Of a stretch of 64,000 bases of DNA, positions 1-7,910 are shown piece after piece. The stretch is taken from assembly GCA_963713925.1 (NCBI GenBank), contig OY970212.1:896001-960000 (forward strand), given 5' to 3'. The DNA comes from an uncultured bacterium (GTDB taxonomy: Bacteria > Babelota > Babeliae > Babelales > Vermiphilaceae). Each line of letters begins with the position of its first letter. Positions within the stretch are counted from its first letter, which is position 1. The notes under the pieces are model-generated. The model saw only the letters and a list, made by a program, of their open reading frames with translations, made no database searches and was not told the origin of the DNA. The translations under genes and the position numbers were made by a program.

Positions 1-2
1 CC

Positions 3-566
3 TTTGTTTCAGCTGGAGCTGCTCTCGGATCATTTGTTGCAGCACGATATGTAAATAACCCAATTGCAACAGTCGGTATCGCTCTCGGGGGAAATGCTGC
101 CGGAGCTGCTGCGAGCCATGATCTCAAAAACTGGATGAACGATAACGAAAAGAAAATGGAAGCGCAATTGGGCAAAAAACTACCTTATTCCGTGAATGAT
201 CTTGGCTACACTCACCTTGCAATATCCGGACTTGGCTTTGTCGCAGTTAGCGCAGATATGGCACGAGCAATGATGGCGCAGCAGGAAGAACTTAAAAAAG
301 CAAACACAAATCTTACCCTTATAGGAAATGACCTTGCAAGTTCAAGACAAACAAACGATAAAATAAATGCTGAGCTTTCAGCTGCCAAAGAAAGTCTACA
401 ATTATCCAAAAAGGATGCAGTTACTCAGACAGCCTTATTGAACGAACAAATAAAAGAACTAAAAGAAAATATCGCAACTAAAGCAAAAAAGAAAGCGATA
501 AAGTGGCTTAAAGCAACCGGCGCTATCAAAAGCAACGATTCTGCTACTGAAAACAAACCCGAATAA
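3..566 (+). CDS. 5'-truncated hypothetical membrane/coiled-coil protein, paralog of 629..1357
   Basis: Frame is open from base 3 (FVSAGAALGSFVAARYV...GGNAAG...EKKMEAQLGKKLPYSVN) and aligns with the next ORF (SFVAARYV...GGNVAG...EKQIEAQSGKKVPYSVN). Confidence 0.8.
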   Translation, partial: FVSAGAALGSFVAARYVNNPIATVGIALGGNAAGAAASHDLKNWMNDNEKKMEAQLGKKLPYSVNDLGYTHLAISGLGFVAVSADMARAMMAQQEELKKANTNLTLIGNDLASSRQTNDKINAELSAAKESLQLSKKDAVTQTALLNEQIKELKENIATKAKKKAIKWLKATGAIKSNDSATENKPE

Positions 567-572
567 AATATG

Positions 573-600
573 AAGAGAGCCTCCACCGGAGGCTCTCTTT
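573..600 (+). terminator. Rho-independent terminator
   Basis: AGAGAGCCTCC-ACC-GGAGGCTCTCT hairpin followed by T residues. Confidence 0.75.
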
Positions 601-628
601 GCTTAATACGATTAAAGTGGAGATTTTT

Positions 629-1357
629 ATGAAACGTTTAATATTCCTCACCCTTATTTCAAGCTTGCATCTTATTGCTGCACCTACACAACAGCGGTGG
701 TCAACAAAAGATAAAGCATATTATGCATTCCGCGCTACATGGCCAACATTAGTTGCAACAGGAGCTGCCGGCCTATCATTTGTTGCAGCGCGGTACGTTC
801 AAAGCCGAATCAAAAATACTAGCCTTGCAACGACCGGTGTTGCCGTTGGTGGAAATGTTGCCGGATACGCGGCTTCAGAATGGCTCAAAAGCCGTTTGAA
901 CCACGAAGAAAAACAGATAGAAGCTCAATCGGGCAAAAAAGTGCCCTATTCAGTCAATGGATTTTTTGGAAAAGTTCCCGCAGTAATCTCAATTGCCGGC
1001 GTGGGTGCTGTTCTGTTTGATATGGCGCAAACAAAAGCGAATATAGAGCGTCAATTGGCTCAAATTACCCCGGATGCAAAAACACAAAAAAACGTAAATG
1101 ATGGATTACTTGAACAAAACCTTAAGCAACAAGAACGTATAGCTGCCCTAGAAAAAGAACTCACAGTCTTGCATCAACCCACCGTTGAGGCTGAATACTT
1201 AGCATCGTTGGAAGCAACAGCGCGCAAGCTGCAGAGAAAAAACGATAGACTCACCGGAACGGTGACTGCTGCTACGGTTGATCGTAAGACAGCAATTATT
1301 GCTGATTTGAATGCGGAATTAGTTCGTTTGGACGAGAGTTTGCAAACAAATAAATGA
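629..1357 (+). CDS. Signal-peptide protein with Gly/Ala-rich hydrophobic segments and C-terminal coiled coil
   Basis: GGAG RBS before ATG 629; MKRLIFLTLISSLHLIAA signal-like N-terminus. Confidence 0.8.
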   Translation: MKRLIFLTLISSLHLIAAPTQQRWSTKDKAYYAFRATWPTLVATGAAGLSFVAARYVQSRIKNTSLATTGVAVGGNVAGYAASEWLKSRLNHEEKQIEAQSGKKVPYSVNGFFGKVPAVISIAGVGAVLFDMAQTKANIERQLAQITPDAKTQKNVNDGLLEQNLKQQERIAALEKELTVLHQPTVEAEYLASLEATARKLQRKNDRLTGTVTAATVDRKTAIIADLNAELVRLDESLQTNK

Positions 1358-1392
1358 AACTGATTATCAAATCTCAAACTACGCAATTTCAT

Positions 1393-1419
1393 GAGCCTCC
1401 GCCGGAGGCTCTTTTTTTT
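1393..1419 (+). terminator. Rho-independent terminator
   Basis: GAGCCTCC-GCC-GGAGGCTC followed by T8; nearly identical to the 573-600 hairpin. Confidence 0.85.
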
Positions 1420-1475
1420 GGGTGTTTTTCTTGTAAAAAACATCTAAACTAAAAAGGTATTTTGCGGAGTTATAC

Positions 1476-2264
1476 ATGAAACCAAATTCAACTGCTCTCG
1501 AGATCAAAGATCTGACTGTTGCATATGGAAACAACATTGTTCTCGATGTGAGTTCTCTGACGATCGATCAGGGATCTATGGTTGGCATCTTAGGCCCAAA
1601 CGGCGCGGGAAAATCAACATTTATCAAATCGATCCTCGACTTAATTCCTGCTCAACAGGGATCAGTAAAAATATTTGGCGCTCCCTTTGCGTCACAAAAG
1701 GGTATCTGTGCTTATGTGCCTCAGAGAGCTTCCATCGATTGGCACTTTCCTATTAGTGCACTTGATGTTGTGCTCATGGGTTGTTATGCGCGCTTGGGCT
1801 GGTTCCGACGGCCAACAAACTCTGACAAAGAACAAGCCCTGCATACATTGGAAGAACTCGGTATGCGTGAATATGCGCATCGACCTATCGGCCAATTATC
1901 CGGCGGACAGCAACAGCGCATTTTTTTAGCGCGTGCATTATTACAAGATTCTCCGATTTTGATTCTTGATGAACCCTGCAACGGCATCGATGCTCAGACG
2001 CAACGACTTATTATGCAAAAATTATCCGCGCTCGCCCGTTCAGGAAAAACGGTGCTCATCGTGCATCACGATTTATCACATGTGCTTGATTATTTCACGC
2101 GCACTTTGTTGCTTAATAAATCGCTCATTGCTTTTGGGCCAACGCGTGAAGTATTCACGAGCGCGCTCCTTGAGAAAACGTTTGGGATTAATACCCCACA
2201 TTTTTATCAAAAATATGGGGGCCCCAGTAATCCACAGTCGATTGTTTGTCAGGACAAACAATGA
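1476..2264 (+). CDS. Mn/Zn/Fe ABC transporter ATP-binding protein (TroB/ZnuC-like)
   Basis: GPNGAGKST Walker A, YVPQR, LSGGQQQR signature, ILDEP Walker B, VHHDL. Confidence 0.95.
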   Translation: MKPNSTALEIKDLTVAYGNNIVLDVSSLTIDQGSMVGILGPNGAGKSTFIKSILDLIPAQQGSVKIFGAPFASQKGICAYVPQRASIDWHFPISALDVVLMGCYARLGWFRRPTNSDKEQALHTLEELGMREYAHRPIGQLSGGQQQRIFLARALLQDSPILILDEPCNGIDAQTQRLIMQKLSALARSGKTVLIVHHDLSHVLDYFTRTLLLNKSLIAFGPTREVFTSALLEKTFGINTPHFYQKYGGPSNPQSIVCQDKQ

Positions 2265-3112
2265 CGCATTTTTTGACTCAGCTGTATGCCGATTATTATC
2301 ACAGTATCATTGCAACCTGCTGTTGCACTTTTTTTGCTCTGTGTGCCGGAGCTCTTGGAACGATTGCCTATTTAAAGCGGCATAGCATGCTTGCAGACAC
2401 TTTGTCTCATGCGACATTGCCCGGTGTTGTCTGCGCGCTGATGCTGACAGTTTCCGGGTCATCGGGCATCTTATCGGCGGGAGCTATCATCAGCGCTGCT
2501 CTTGCCATGGGCTCAATTCAGTACCTTAAGCAAACTACCAAGCTGCAAACAGACACTCTTTTTGCTGTCATTTTGTCATCATACCTCGGGTTTGGACTTT
2601 TATTGATCTCCATTTTGCAAAAATTTCCACGCGCAGACCAGGGACTCATTAACAAATTTTTGTTTGGTAACGCATCGCTTGCGCTCAGTTCTGACCTTCT
2701 GCTTATCGTTATCATCGGAATCAGTTTACTATTGAGTATGACACTTTTTTTTAAAGAATTGATCATGGGCATTTTTGATGAAACATTTTCACAAACGATC
2801 GGATTTTCTGCCTCACGTCTATCTCTGATTTACAACATACTGTTGATTGGCATCATCGCATTGGGAATACAAACAGTTGGCATTATTTTGCTCAGCTCAC
2901 AACTGATTATGCCGAGTGTCGTCGCTCGACAATGGACATATAACACAAAACCGTTTGTTCTCCTGGCCAGCTGCATCGGAGCCGCGACGGCGCTTCTTGG
3001 AAGCCTCATCAGTTTTTACGCGCGCACACCGACGGGACCAACCATATGTGTGATCTTATTTATAACGGTCGTGAGTTCGCTCATCGCCAGACAGCCAAAG
3101 GGTCCACTTTGA
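2261..3112 (+). CDS. Mn/Zn ABC transporter permease (ABC-3 family)
   Basis: DTLSHATLPG motif, LFGN, many TM helices; ATGA overlap with the ATPase stop. Confidence 0.92.
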   Translation: MTHFLTQLYADYYHSIIATCCCTFFALCAGALGTIAYLKRHSMLADTLSHATLPGVVCALMLTVSGSSGILSAGAIISAALAMGSIQYLKQTTKLQTDTLFAVILSSYLGFGLLLISILQKFPRADQGLINKFLFGNASLALSSDLLLIVIIGISLLLSMTLFFKELIMGIFDETFSQTIGFSASRLSLIYNILLIGIIALGIQTVGIILLSSQLIMPSVVARQWTYNTKPFVLLASCIGAATALLGSLISFYARTPTGPTICVILFITVVSSLIARQPKGPL

Positions 3113-3147
3113 AAGCGGCTCATAAACTTAACATAAAATATTTAAAT

Positions 3148-3241
3148 GGGTCCCAAGCGTCTTGTCTCGCCATAGCCCCCGTCACGCTGAAGCCTTGGCG
3201 AAAGTGGATCGGCGACGGCGGAAGTTTAGCGAGCTTGGGTT
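3148..3241. repeat. Family-A palindrome (GGGTCCCAAGC...GCTTGGGT) with nested family-C element(s)
   Basis: Outer arms CCCAAGC/GCTTGGG enclose CTTGTCTCGCCATAGC...GGCGACGGCGGA. Confidence 0.7.
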
Positions 3242-3260
3242 GTAGACGTAAGGCATTCGT

Positions 3261-4103
3261 ATGAACATACTCATGGCAACTATTTTGCTCATCGCAATCC
3301 TTGTGTGTGTGACAACTGCAATCCCCGGCATTTTTTTAGTACTCTATGGCATCCCACTCATTGCCGATGCAATTAGCCATGCTATTTTGCCCGGCATTGT
3401 GATTATGTTTCTCATCACCGGCAACCTTGAGTCCCCACTGCTTTTTTTCGGCTCATGTATTTCAGGGTTGATCACCGTTTTTTGCATACAATTTTTTATC
3501 AACAAGACAAAGATACGTTCCGACGCCGTGCTCGGACTTGTCTTTCCTTTCTTTTTTTCCCTGGGCGTCATCTTAATTTCATTGTACGCACGCAACACAC
3601 ATTTAGACACCGATATGGTGCTTTTAGGAGAAATTGCGTTCACGCCATTTAACCGTCTCATTCTTTTTGATATCGATTGGGGACCTCTTGCGCTTTGGGT
3701 GCTCGGATTCCTTCTTGTTGGTAATGGCATCACAACGTGGCTCTTGTATAAAGAATTGGTCTTGGTAAGTTTTGACCGAATTTACGCACGCACCGTCGGC
3801 TTTTCTCCAACAATACTTTTGTACATCTTGATGGTCATGACAACGCTCACCTGCGTCGCCGCGTTTGATTGTGTCGGATCTCTCATGACAATTGCTTTGA
3901 TGGTTGTCCCTGCTGCAAGCGCACTTCTCCTGACAACAAATGTCCGCTCCCTGATTTCGTATACGCTTGCCATCAGTATCTGCTCCTGCATAATTGGATA
4001 TACTCTCGCCCATGGCGCTGACATTTCAATCGCCGGAAGTATCACCACCGTTCAGGGTTGTATATTTTTTATATGTGCTTTTTTAGCTCCCAAGTTCCGT
4101 TGA
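3261..4103 (+). CDS. Second Mn/Zn ABC transporter permease (TroD-like)
   Basis: DAISHAILPG motif, HLDTDMVLLGEI, many TM helices. Confidence 0.92.
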   Translation: MNILMATILLIAILVCVTTAIPGIFLVLYGIPLIADAISHAILPGIVIMFLITGNLESPLLFFGSCISGLITVFCIQFFINKTKIRSDAVLGLVFPFFFSLGVILISLYARNTHLDTDMVLLGEIAFTPFNRLILFDIDWGPLALWVLGFLLVGNGITTWLLYKELVLVSFDRIYARTVGFSPTILLYILMVMTTLTCVAAFDCVGSLMTIALMVVPAASALLLTTNVRSLISYTLAISICSCIIGYTLAHGADISIAGSITTVQGCIFFICAFLAPKFR

Positions 4104-4162
4104 GTTTTTAAAAAGTATGATACTCAGGTTTATTTTTTACATTTATGACATGCAAAGCGCTT

Positions 4163-4296
4163 TCCGTTCGTGGTGAGTGGAGCATAGAGGAATCGAACTA
4201 TACGAACTTTCATGCGATATGAGCATAATTCTAATCAAGCTAATTTTTCCGTTCGAACGGTTCGACTTCGTTTCACTTTCGCTCACCACGAACGGA
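4163..4296. repeat. Family-D inverted-repeat element (REP/MITE-like)
   Basis: Terminal inverted repeat TCCGTTCGTGGTGAG / CTCACCACGAACGGA; second copy at 9120-9334. Confidence 0.8.
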
Positions 4297-4465
4297 GGGA
4301 GGTCCTCTATTCTAAAAAAATGCTTAAAGAAAAGCCATCTTTATGGGTCAAAAATAGACATACTCATCCGATAACTCAAATGCCAAAAAATATCGTAAGA
4401 TATTGCATTTTTTGAGTGTTTTTTAATACAATTATAATAATAAGGGATAGTGGTTACAGGTTTGC

Positions 4466-4577
4466 AAACCTGGGGCCCCAACATATTTAATGTGGGGTTA
4501 AAACCTGGGCCCCAAAATATTTTAATTTTGGGCTTAAACCTGGGTCCTGAATAGCTTAGTTACGGTTTAATTCAGGA
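4466..4577. repeat. Three tandem family-A-like hairpin units each starting AAACCTGGG
   Basis: AAACCTGGG recurs at about 35-bp spacing, each followed by a self-complementary hairpin. Confidence 0.65.
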
Positions 4578-4588
4578 GTTTTTTGGGT

Positions 4589-5044
4589 ATGAAGATGAAG
4601 TATATGCACCTAACACTGATGCTCAGTTTGCTTGCGAGCGCAATCAACGCTTCACAAACTCCCCCTTCGGTTGTTGCAAGAGATATTACCGTACCGGGAG
4701 CAACTGAAACAGACGCCAATCAAGTTGCCTATATTAATGAAATCGCAAACCTCAACAATCAGATTTCAGACCTCAGCTTTAAGCTCAAAGATGCGAGCCC
4801 CGCGGAAGCTGATCGACTCACTGCCCAAATACGGTATCTGACCATTGAATTGAAAGAAAAAAATTTGAAATATCAAAAGTCACGATTGGAACAAAGCCAA
4901 ACGATATTGGACAAAGGCGAAACTTCATTAATCGGGACTGAAAAAGAATATCAAGACCAAGTGATAGTAAAACAACAAAATGATATCGCTCGTCTTGAAG
5001 CTGAATTAGATGAATTGAAAAGTAAGAAGGAAATGAAAGATTAA
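4589..5044 (+). CDS. Secreted coiled-coil hypothetical protein
   Basis: Signal-like N-terminus (LTLMLSLLASAINA) and heptad-rich body; start could also be 4595. Confidence 0.75.
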   Translation: MKMKYMHLTLMLSLLASAINASQTPPSVVARDITVPGATETDANQVAYINEIANLNNQISDLSFKLKDASPAEADRLTAQIRYLTIELKEKNLKYQKSRLEQSQTILDKGETSLIGTEKEYQDQVIVKQQNDIARLEAELDELKSKKEMKD

Positions 5045-5063
5045 ACCCTTCTATATTTTGGAT

Positions 5064-5121
5064 GGGTCCCAAATGGAGCGAAACATCGTCGTGACTACCC
5101 GCGAAGTGGTGAAATTTGGGT
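5064..5121. repeat. Family-A palindrome
   Basis: GGGTCCCAAAT...ATTTGGGT. Confidence 0.65.
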
Positions 5122-5336
5122 GTAATAATTTCATAACATCAACTCACTGCAACTTCGAGCAAAGTAAATTTCAAAAATTGGGGGTTTACTTGCGTGAGAT
5201 GATGGCTCATGGGAGCTGAAAGGCTTCCATGAGCTCGAAGTAAGAATCCCGAGTGAATTTCAAGGGATTGAAAATGAAGGTATAAAAAAATAGATAATGA
5301 AATATTTATTATTACTTTAACTCTGAAGGAACCAAT

Positions 5337-5594
5337 ATGAAATTCGTATATACCATCCTCTTTTTATCACTCACAACCGCAGCGTTTGCAAAGGATTTTG
5401 GAGAAGTCATGAGGGCTTATGGTGAAAAGAAACGAGAACTCGTGAAGCTTTTAGAACAAAAAGCTGAGTTAGAAAAGAAAATAGAAGCAATTAACAAAGA
5501 AAAACGTGCATTGGCTGCAGAAATCAACAGCACTCCGGAAGAGCTCGATGCGCCAGCGCCTAACTATGAACCCGAACACGGGCCCCGATCTTAA
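5337..5594 (+). CDS. Small secreted coiled-coil protein
   Basis: AAGGA RBS; MKFVYTILFLSLTTAAFA signal peptide; stop lies within a family-A repeat. Confidence 0.8.
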   Translation: MKFVYTILFLSLTTAAFAKDFGEVMRAYGEKKRELVKLLEQKAELEKKIEAINKEKRALAAEINSTPEELDAPAPNYEPEHGPRS

Positions 5595-5782
5595 GCGATA
5601 GCGTAGATTGGGTAAAACACACGGGCACCGATCGTAGCGACCTGTTCTTCGACCTGTCCGAAGAAGTCTTGACGAAGTCGGAAGCTCAAAGAGCAAATAG
5701 ATTGGGTTTAAAACACGGGCCCCAAGAGGAGCGTAGCGAAACTTGGGTTAAATAGCGAAGTAGAAAGCACAGATTGGGTAAA
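5575..5782. repeat. Cluster of family-A units (AACACGGGC...AGATTGGGT) with a nested family-C element
   Basis: ACACGGGC x3 and AGATTGGGT x3; internal CCTGTCCGAAGAAGTCTTGACGAAGTCGGA. Confidence 0.7.
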
Positions 5783-5814
5783 AAAGCGTTAAGAATTAAA
5801 AAAGGAGGATAGTC

Positions 5815-6228
5815 ATGAAGCGTATATTAGTATCAATAATCACACTTGCACTCGGTGCAACAGTGCACGCAGACCAAACGTCATCACTTAGCCAGTATCA
5901 ACCATATATTGAGCAAGGACTCGATTACGCAAGAAAACACTTGGGCGATTGGATTGCAAATATTGGATCGCCATCTGATGCAACAAAATCACCGGAAGCT
6001 AATGTGTCATCGGCCGGCGTAACACAGCCGGATGAAAAAGGTCAAACGCACAAGATGAAACAAGCTCATAGTCGTATATCAGGTCAAGAAAGCAAACTCA
6101 ACAACTTGATTATGCAACGTGACGCATTAAAAAGACAGGAAATTAATCTTCAAGAAGAAATTAACAAAGAACGGGCAACAATAGCTGCTGAACACAAACG
6201 TGAGGGTCTTGCCCATCACAAAAGATAG
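5815..6228 (+). CDS. Small secreted protein
   Basis: AAGGAGG RBS; MKRILVSIITLALGATVHA signal peptide. Confidence 0.85.
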   Translation: MKRILVSIITLALGATVHADQTSSLSQYQPYIEQGLDYARKHLGDWIANIGSPSDATKSPEANVSSAGVTQPDEKGQTHKMKQAHSRISGQESKLNNLIMQRDALKRQEINLQEEINKERATIAAEHKREGLAHHKR

Positions 6229-6269
6229 TTGGCTGAGCAATTATGTCGCTAAAGAAGAAAAGGAATAGT

Positions 6270-6524
6270 ATGAAACGTTTACTAGTATCAATCACATTAC
6301 TAACAGTAGCATCTGCACTCAAGTGTGAATCACTTGCAGTTTGGGAAACGCAGCACGATCTTGATGCGCTCGATAAAAAAATCGCAAATGCAAAAGTAAA
6401 ATATGCAAACGATCCTGTTGCATTGGATGGTGTGCTTTTAAGACTCAATACCAAAAAAAGTGAGCTTAAAATGGAACGTGGTGCTTGGAATAGTGTAGAT
6501 GAAGCTCATCATCAAAAGGATTAG
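6270..6524 (+). CDS. Small secreted helical protein
   Basis: AAGGA RBS; MKRLLVSITLL signal; resembles 6527..6757. Confidence 0.8.
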   Translation: MKRLLVSITLLTVASALKCESLAVWETQHDLDALDKKIANAKVKYANDPVALDGVLLRLNTKKSELKMERGAWNSVDEAHHQKD

Positions 6525-6526
6525 CC

Positions 6527-6757
6527 ATGAAACGCTTACTTATAGCAATCATATTTGTGACATGTGCATCAACATTCGCTGATGAATCGATAGCGCTCCA
6601 CGCAGCGCAGGCAGACCTTGAAAAAATCAATGAGCAAATAAAGAATGCAGAAGCAAACAATGCGAATGAAACGCTCAGAAAGCTCAAAGCAAAAAAATAT
6701 GACCTCGAGCGGGAAATACATCATTGGGAACTTTTAAGTAATTTACATTCGAAATAA
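6527..6757 (+). CDS. Small secreted helical protein
   Basis: AAGGA RBS; MKRLLIAIIFVTCASTFA signal. Confidence 0.8.
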   Translation: MKRLLIAIIFVTCASTFADESIALHAAQADLEKINEQIKNAEANNANETLRKLKAKKYDLEREIHHWELLSNLHSK

Positions 6758-6770
6758 AAAGGAGAATAGT

Positions 6771-7082
6771 ATGAACCGTTTATTTATAGCAATTACACTG
6801 GCGACAATAGCATCGGCATACGCAGAGGAACTTGACCAAAAAACAAAAAAACAAATCCAAACTTTAAAAATTGCAGAGCGTAACGAAGTTGAAGCACTTC
6901 GCAAAGAAAGAGACGAAGATATTGAAAAATTGGTCGGTCTTTTGAAAAAAGAATACGCATATGCGTCGCGAGGCGTCTACTACCCGAAAAGGGAAACGAG
7001 GGAAGAGGGAATTGATCCTTTACTCAAAAAAATTAAAGATCTTAAATTTGACATCGAAGAAAAACGGGCAAGAATGCCTTGA
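6771..7082 (+). CDS. Small secreted charged protein
   Basis: AAGGAG RBS; MNRLFIAITLATIASAYA signal. Confidence 0.8.
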   Translation: MNRLFIAITLATIASAYAEELDQKTKKQIQTLKIAERNEVEALRKERDEDIEKLVGLLKKEYAYASRGVYYPKRETREEGIDPLLKKIKDLKFDIEEKRARMP

Positions 7083-7129
7083 AGCAAGCCTCAACTAATC
7101 TCTTCAAATATAAAAAAAAGGAGAAACAT

Positions 7130-7360
7130 ATGAAACGCTTATTATTATGCCTATTTGTTGCAGAATTATCTTTGATCGCTGCCGATTCAACTAAGACCGA
7201 GCCTAATAAACCGACCGGATACATACAGCAAACGGGTAGTGAACCAATGCCATATTATACAAAGACGACAGAGACGCCAAGTGATTCGAAGCCGGCCGGA
7301 TATATACAACAATCAGGTGGTGGAGAACCAAAGGCATTTTATTCGGATGAGAAAAAATAA
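7130..7360 (+). CDS. Small secreted peptide with a two-fold internal repeat
   Basis: AAGGAG RBS; signal peptide; KPTGYIQQTG..EP / KPAGYIQQSG..EP. Confidence 0.8.
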   Translation: MKRLLLCLFVAELSLIAADSTKTEPNKPTGYIQQTGSEPMPYYTKTTETPSDSKPAGYIQQSGGGEPKAFYSDEKK

Positions 7361-7391
7361 GAATCACAAAGTATAAAAAAAGGAGAAACAT

Positions 7392-7682
7392 ATGAAACGT
7401 TTATTATTAGTAACAATGCTTATTACCGGAATTTCCGTAATAGCCGTTGAAAAACCTATGAGAATTCAGCCATACACCGGTGAAACGTACAGCACCCCAG
7501 GCATGGGCTATCAGACAGGTGAACCCGCAGGCATGGGATACCAAAACACTGGCTCACAAGCCGGAATGGGTTACCAAGCACCTGAACCTGCAGGCATGGG
7601 ATATCAAGCCCCTGAGCAGCCTGGTATTGGATACCAAAACACTGGCTCACAAGGGGGAATGGGGTATCAGATTCTTGAGTAA
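7392..7682 (+). CDS. Small secreted peptide with six G(M/I)GYQ repeats
   Basis: AAGGAG RBS; signal peptide; repeats are conserved in protein with synonymous DNA changes. Confidence 0.85.
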   Translation: MKRLLLVTMLITGISVIAVEKPMRIQPYTGETYSTPGMGYQTGEPAGMGYQNTGSQAGMGYQAPEPAGMGYQAPEQPGIGYQNTGSQGGMGYQILE

Positions 7683-7703
7683 TAAAGAATTGGTATAAAC
7701 AAT

Positions 7704-7740
7704 AAAAAAAGAGTTGTCGCTGAAGACAGCTCTTTTTTTT
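7704..7740 (+). terminator. Rho-independent terminator closing the small-gene array
   Basis: AAAAGAGTTGTC-GCTGAA-GACAGCTCTTTTTTTT. Confidence 0.85.
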
Positions 7741-7792
7741 GGGTTGAGGCCTATTGCGCACCCCCCTATGTTTCTGCTAACATCAAATAAAT

Positions 7793-7888
7793 TACCCCAG
7801 CACTCGCGTGCGGGGGCCGCACACACCCCAACTTTTGCTACGCTCCAGTTGGGGGCCCCAATAATAAAAGCGGATCAACATTTGGGTA
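7793..7888. repeat. Tandem family-A palindromes
   Basis: TACCCCAG...GGGGGCC, ACCCCAAC...GTTGGGGGCCCCAA...TTGGGT. Confidence 0.7.
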
Positions 7889-7910
7889 GTTAATAATAGG
7901 ATCTTTCTCT

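Noticed and set aside
1476..4103. ABC metal transporter without a substrate-binding protein gene
   Set aside because: The binding protein may simply be encoded outside this window.
4466..4577. AAACCTGGG triple repeat as CRISPR or iterons
   Set aside because: Only 9 bp are conserved and the 'spacers' are hairpins of family-A type.
5575..5782. Regularly recurring AACACGGGC...AGATTGGGT units suggesting a CRISPR array
   Set aside because: Units are degenerate, irregularly spaced and self-complementary with variable loops, and no cas genes are present. They match dispersed family A.
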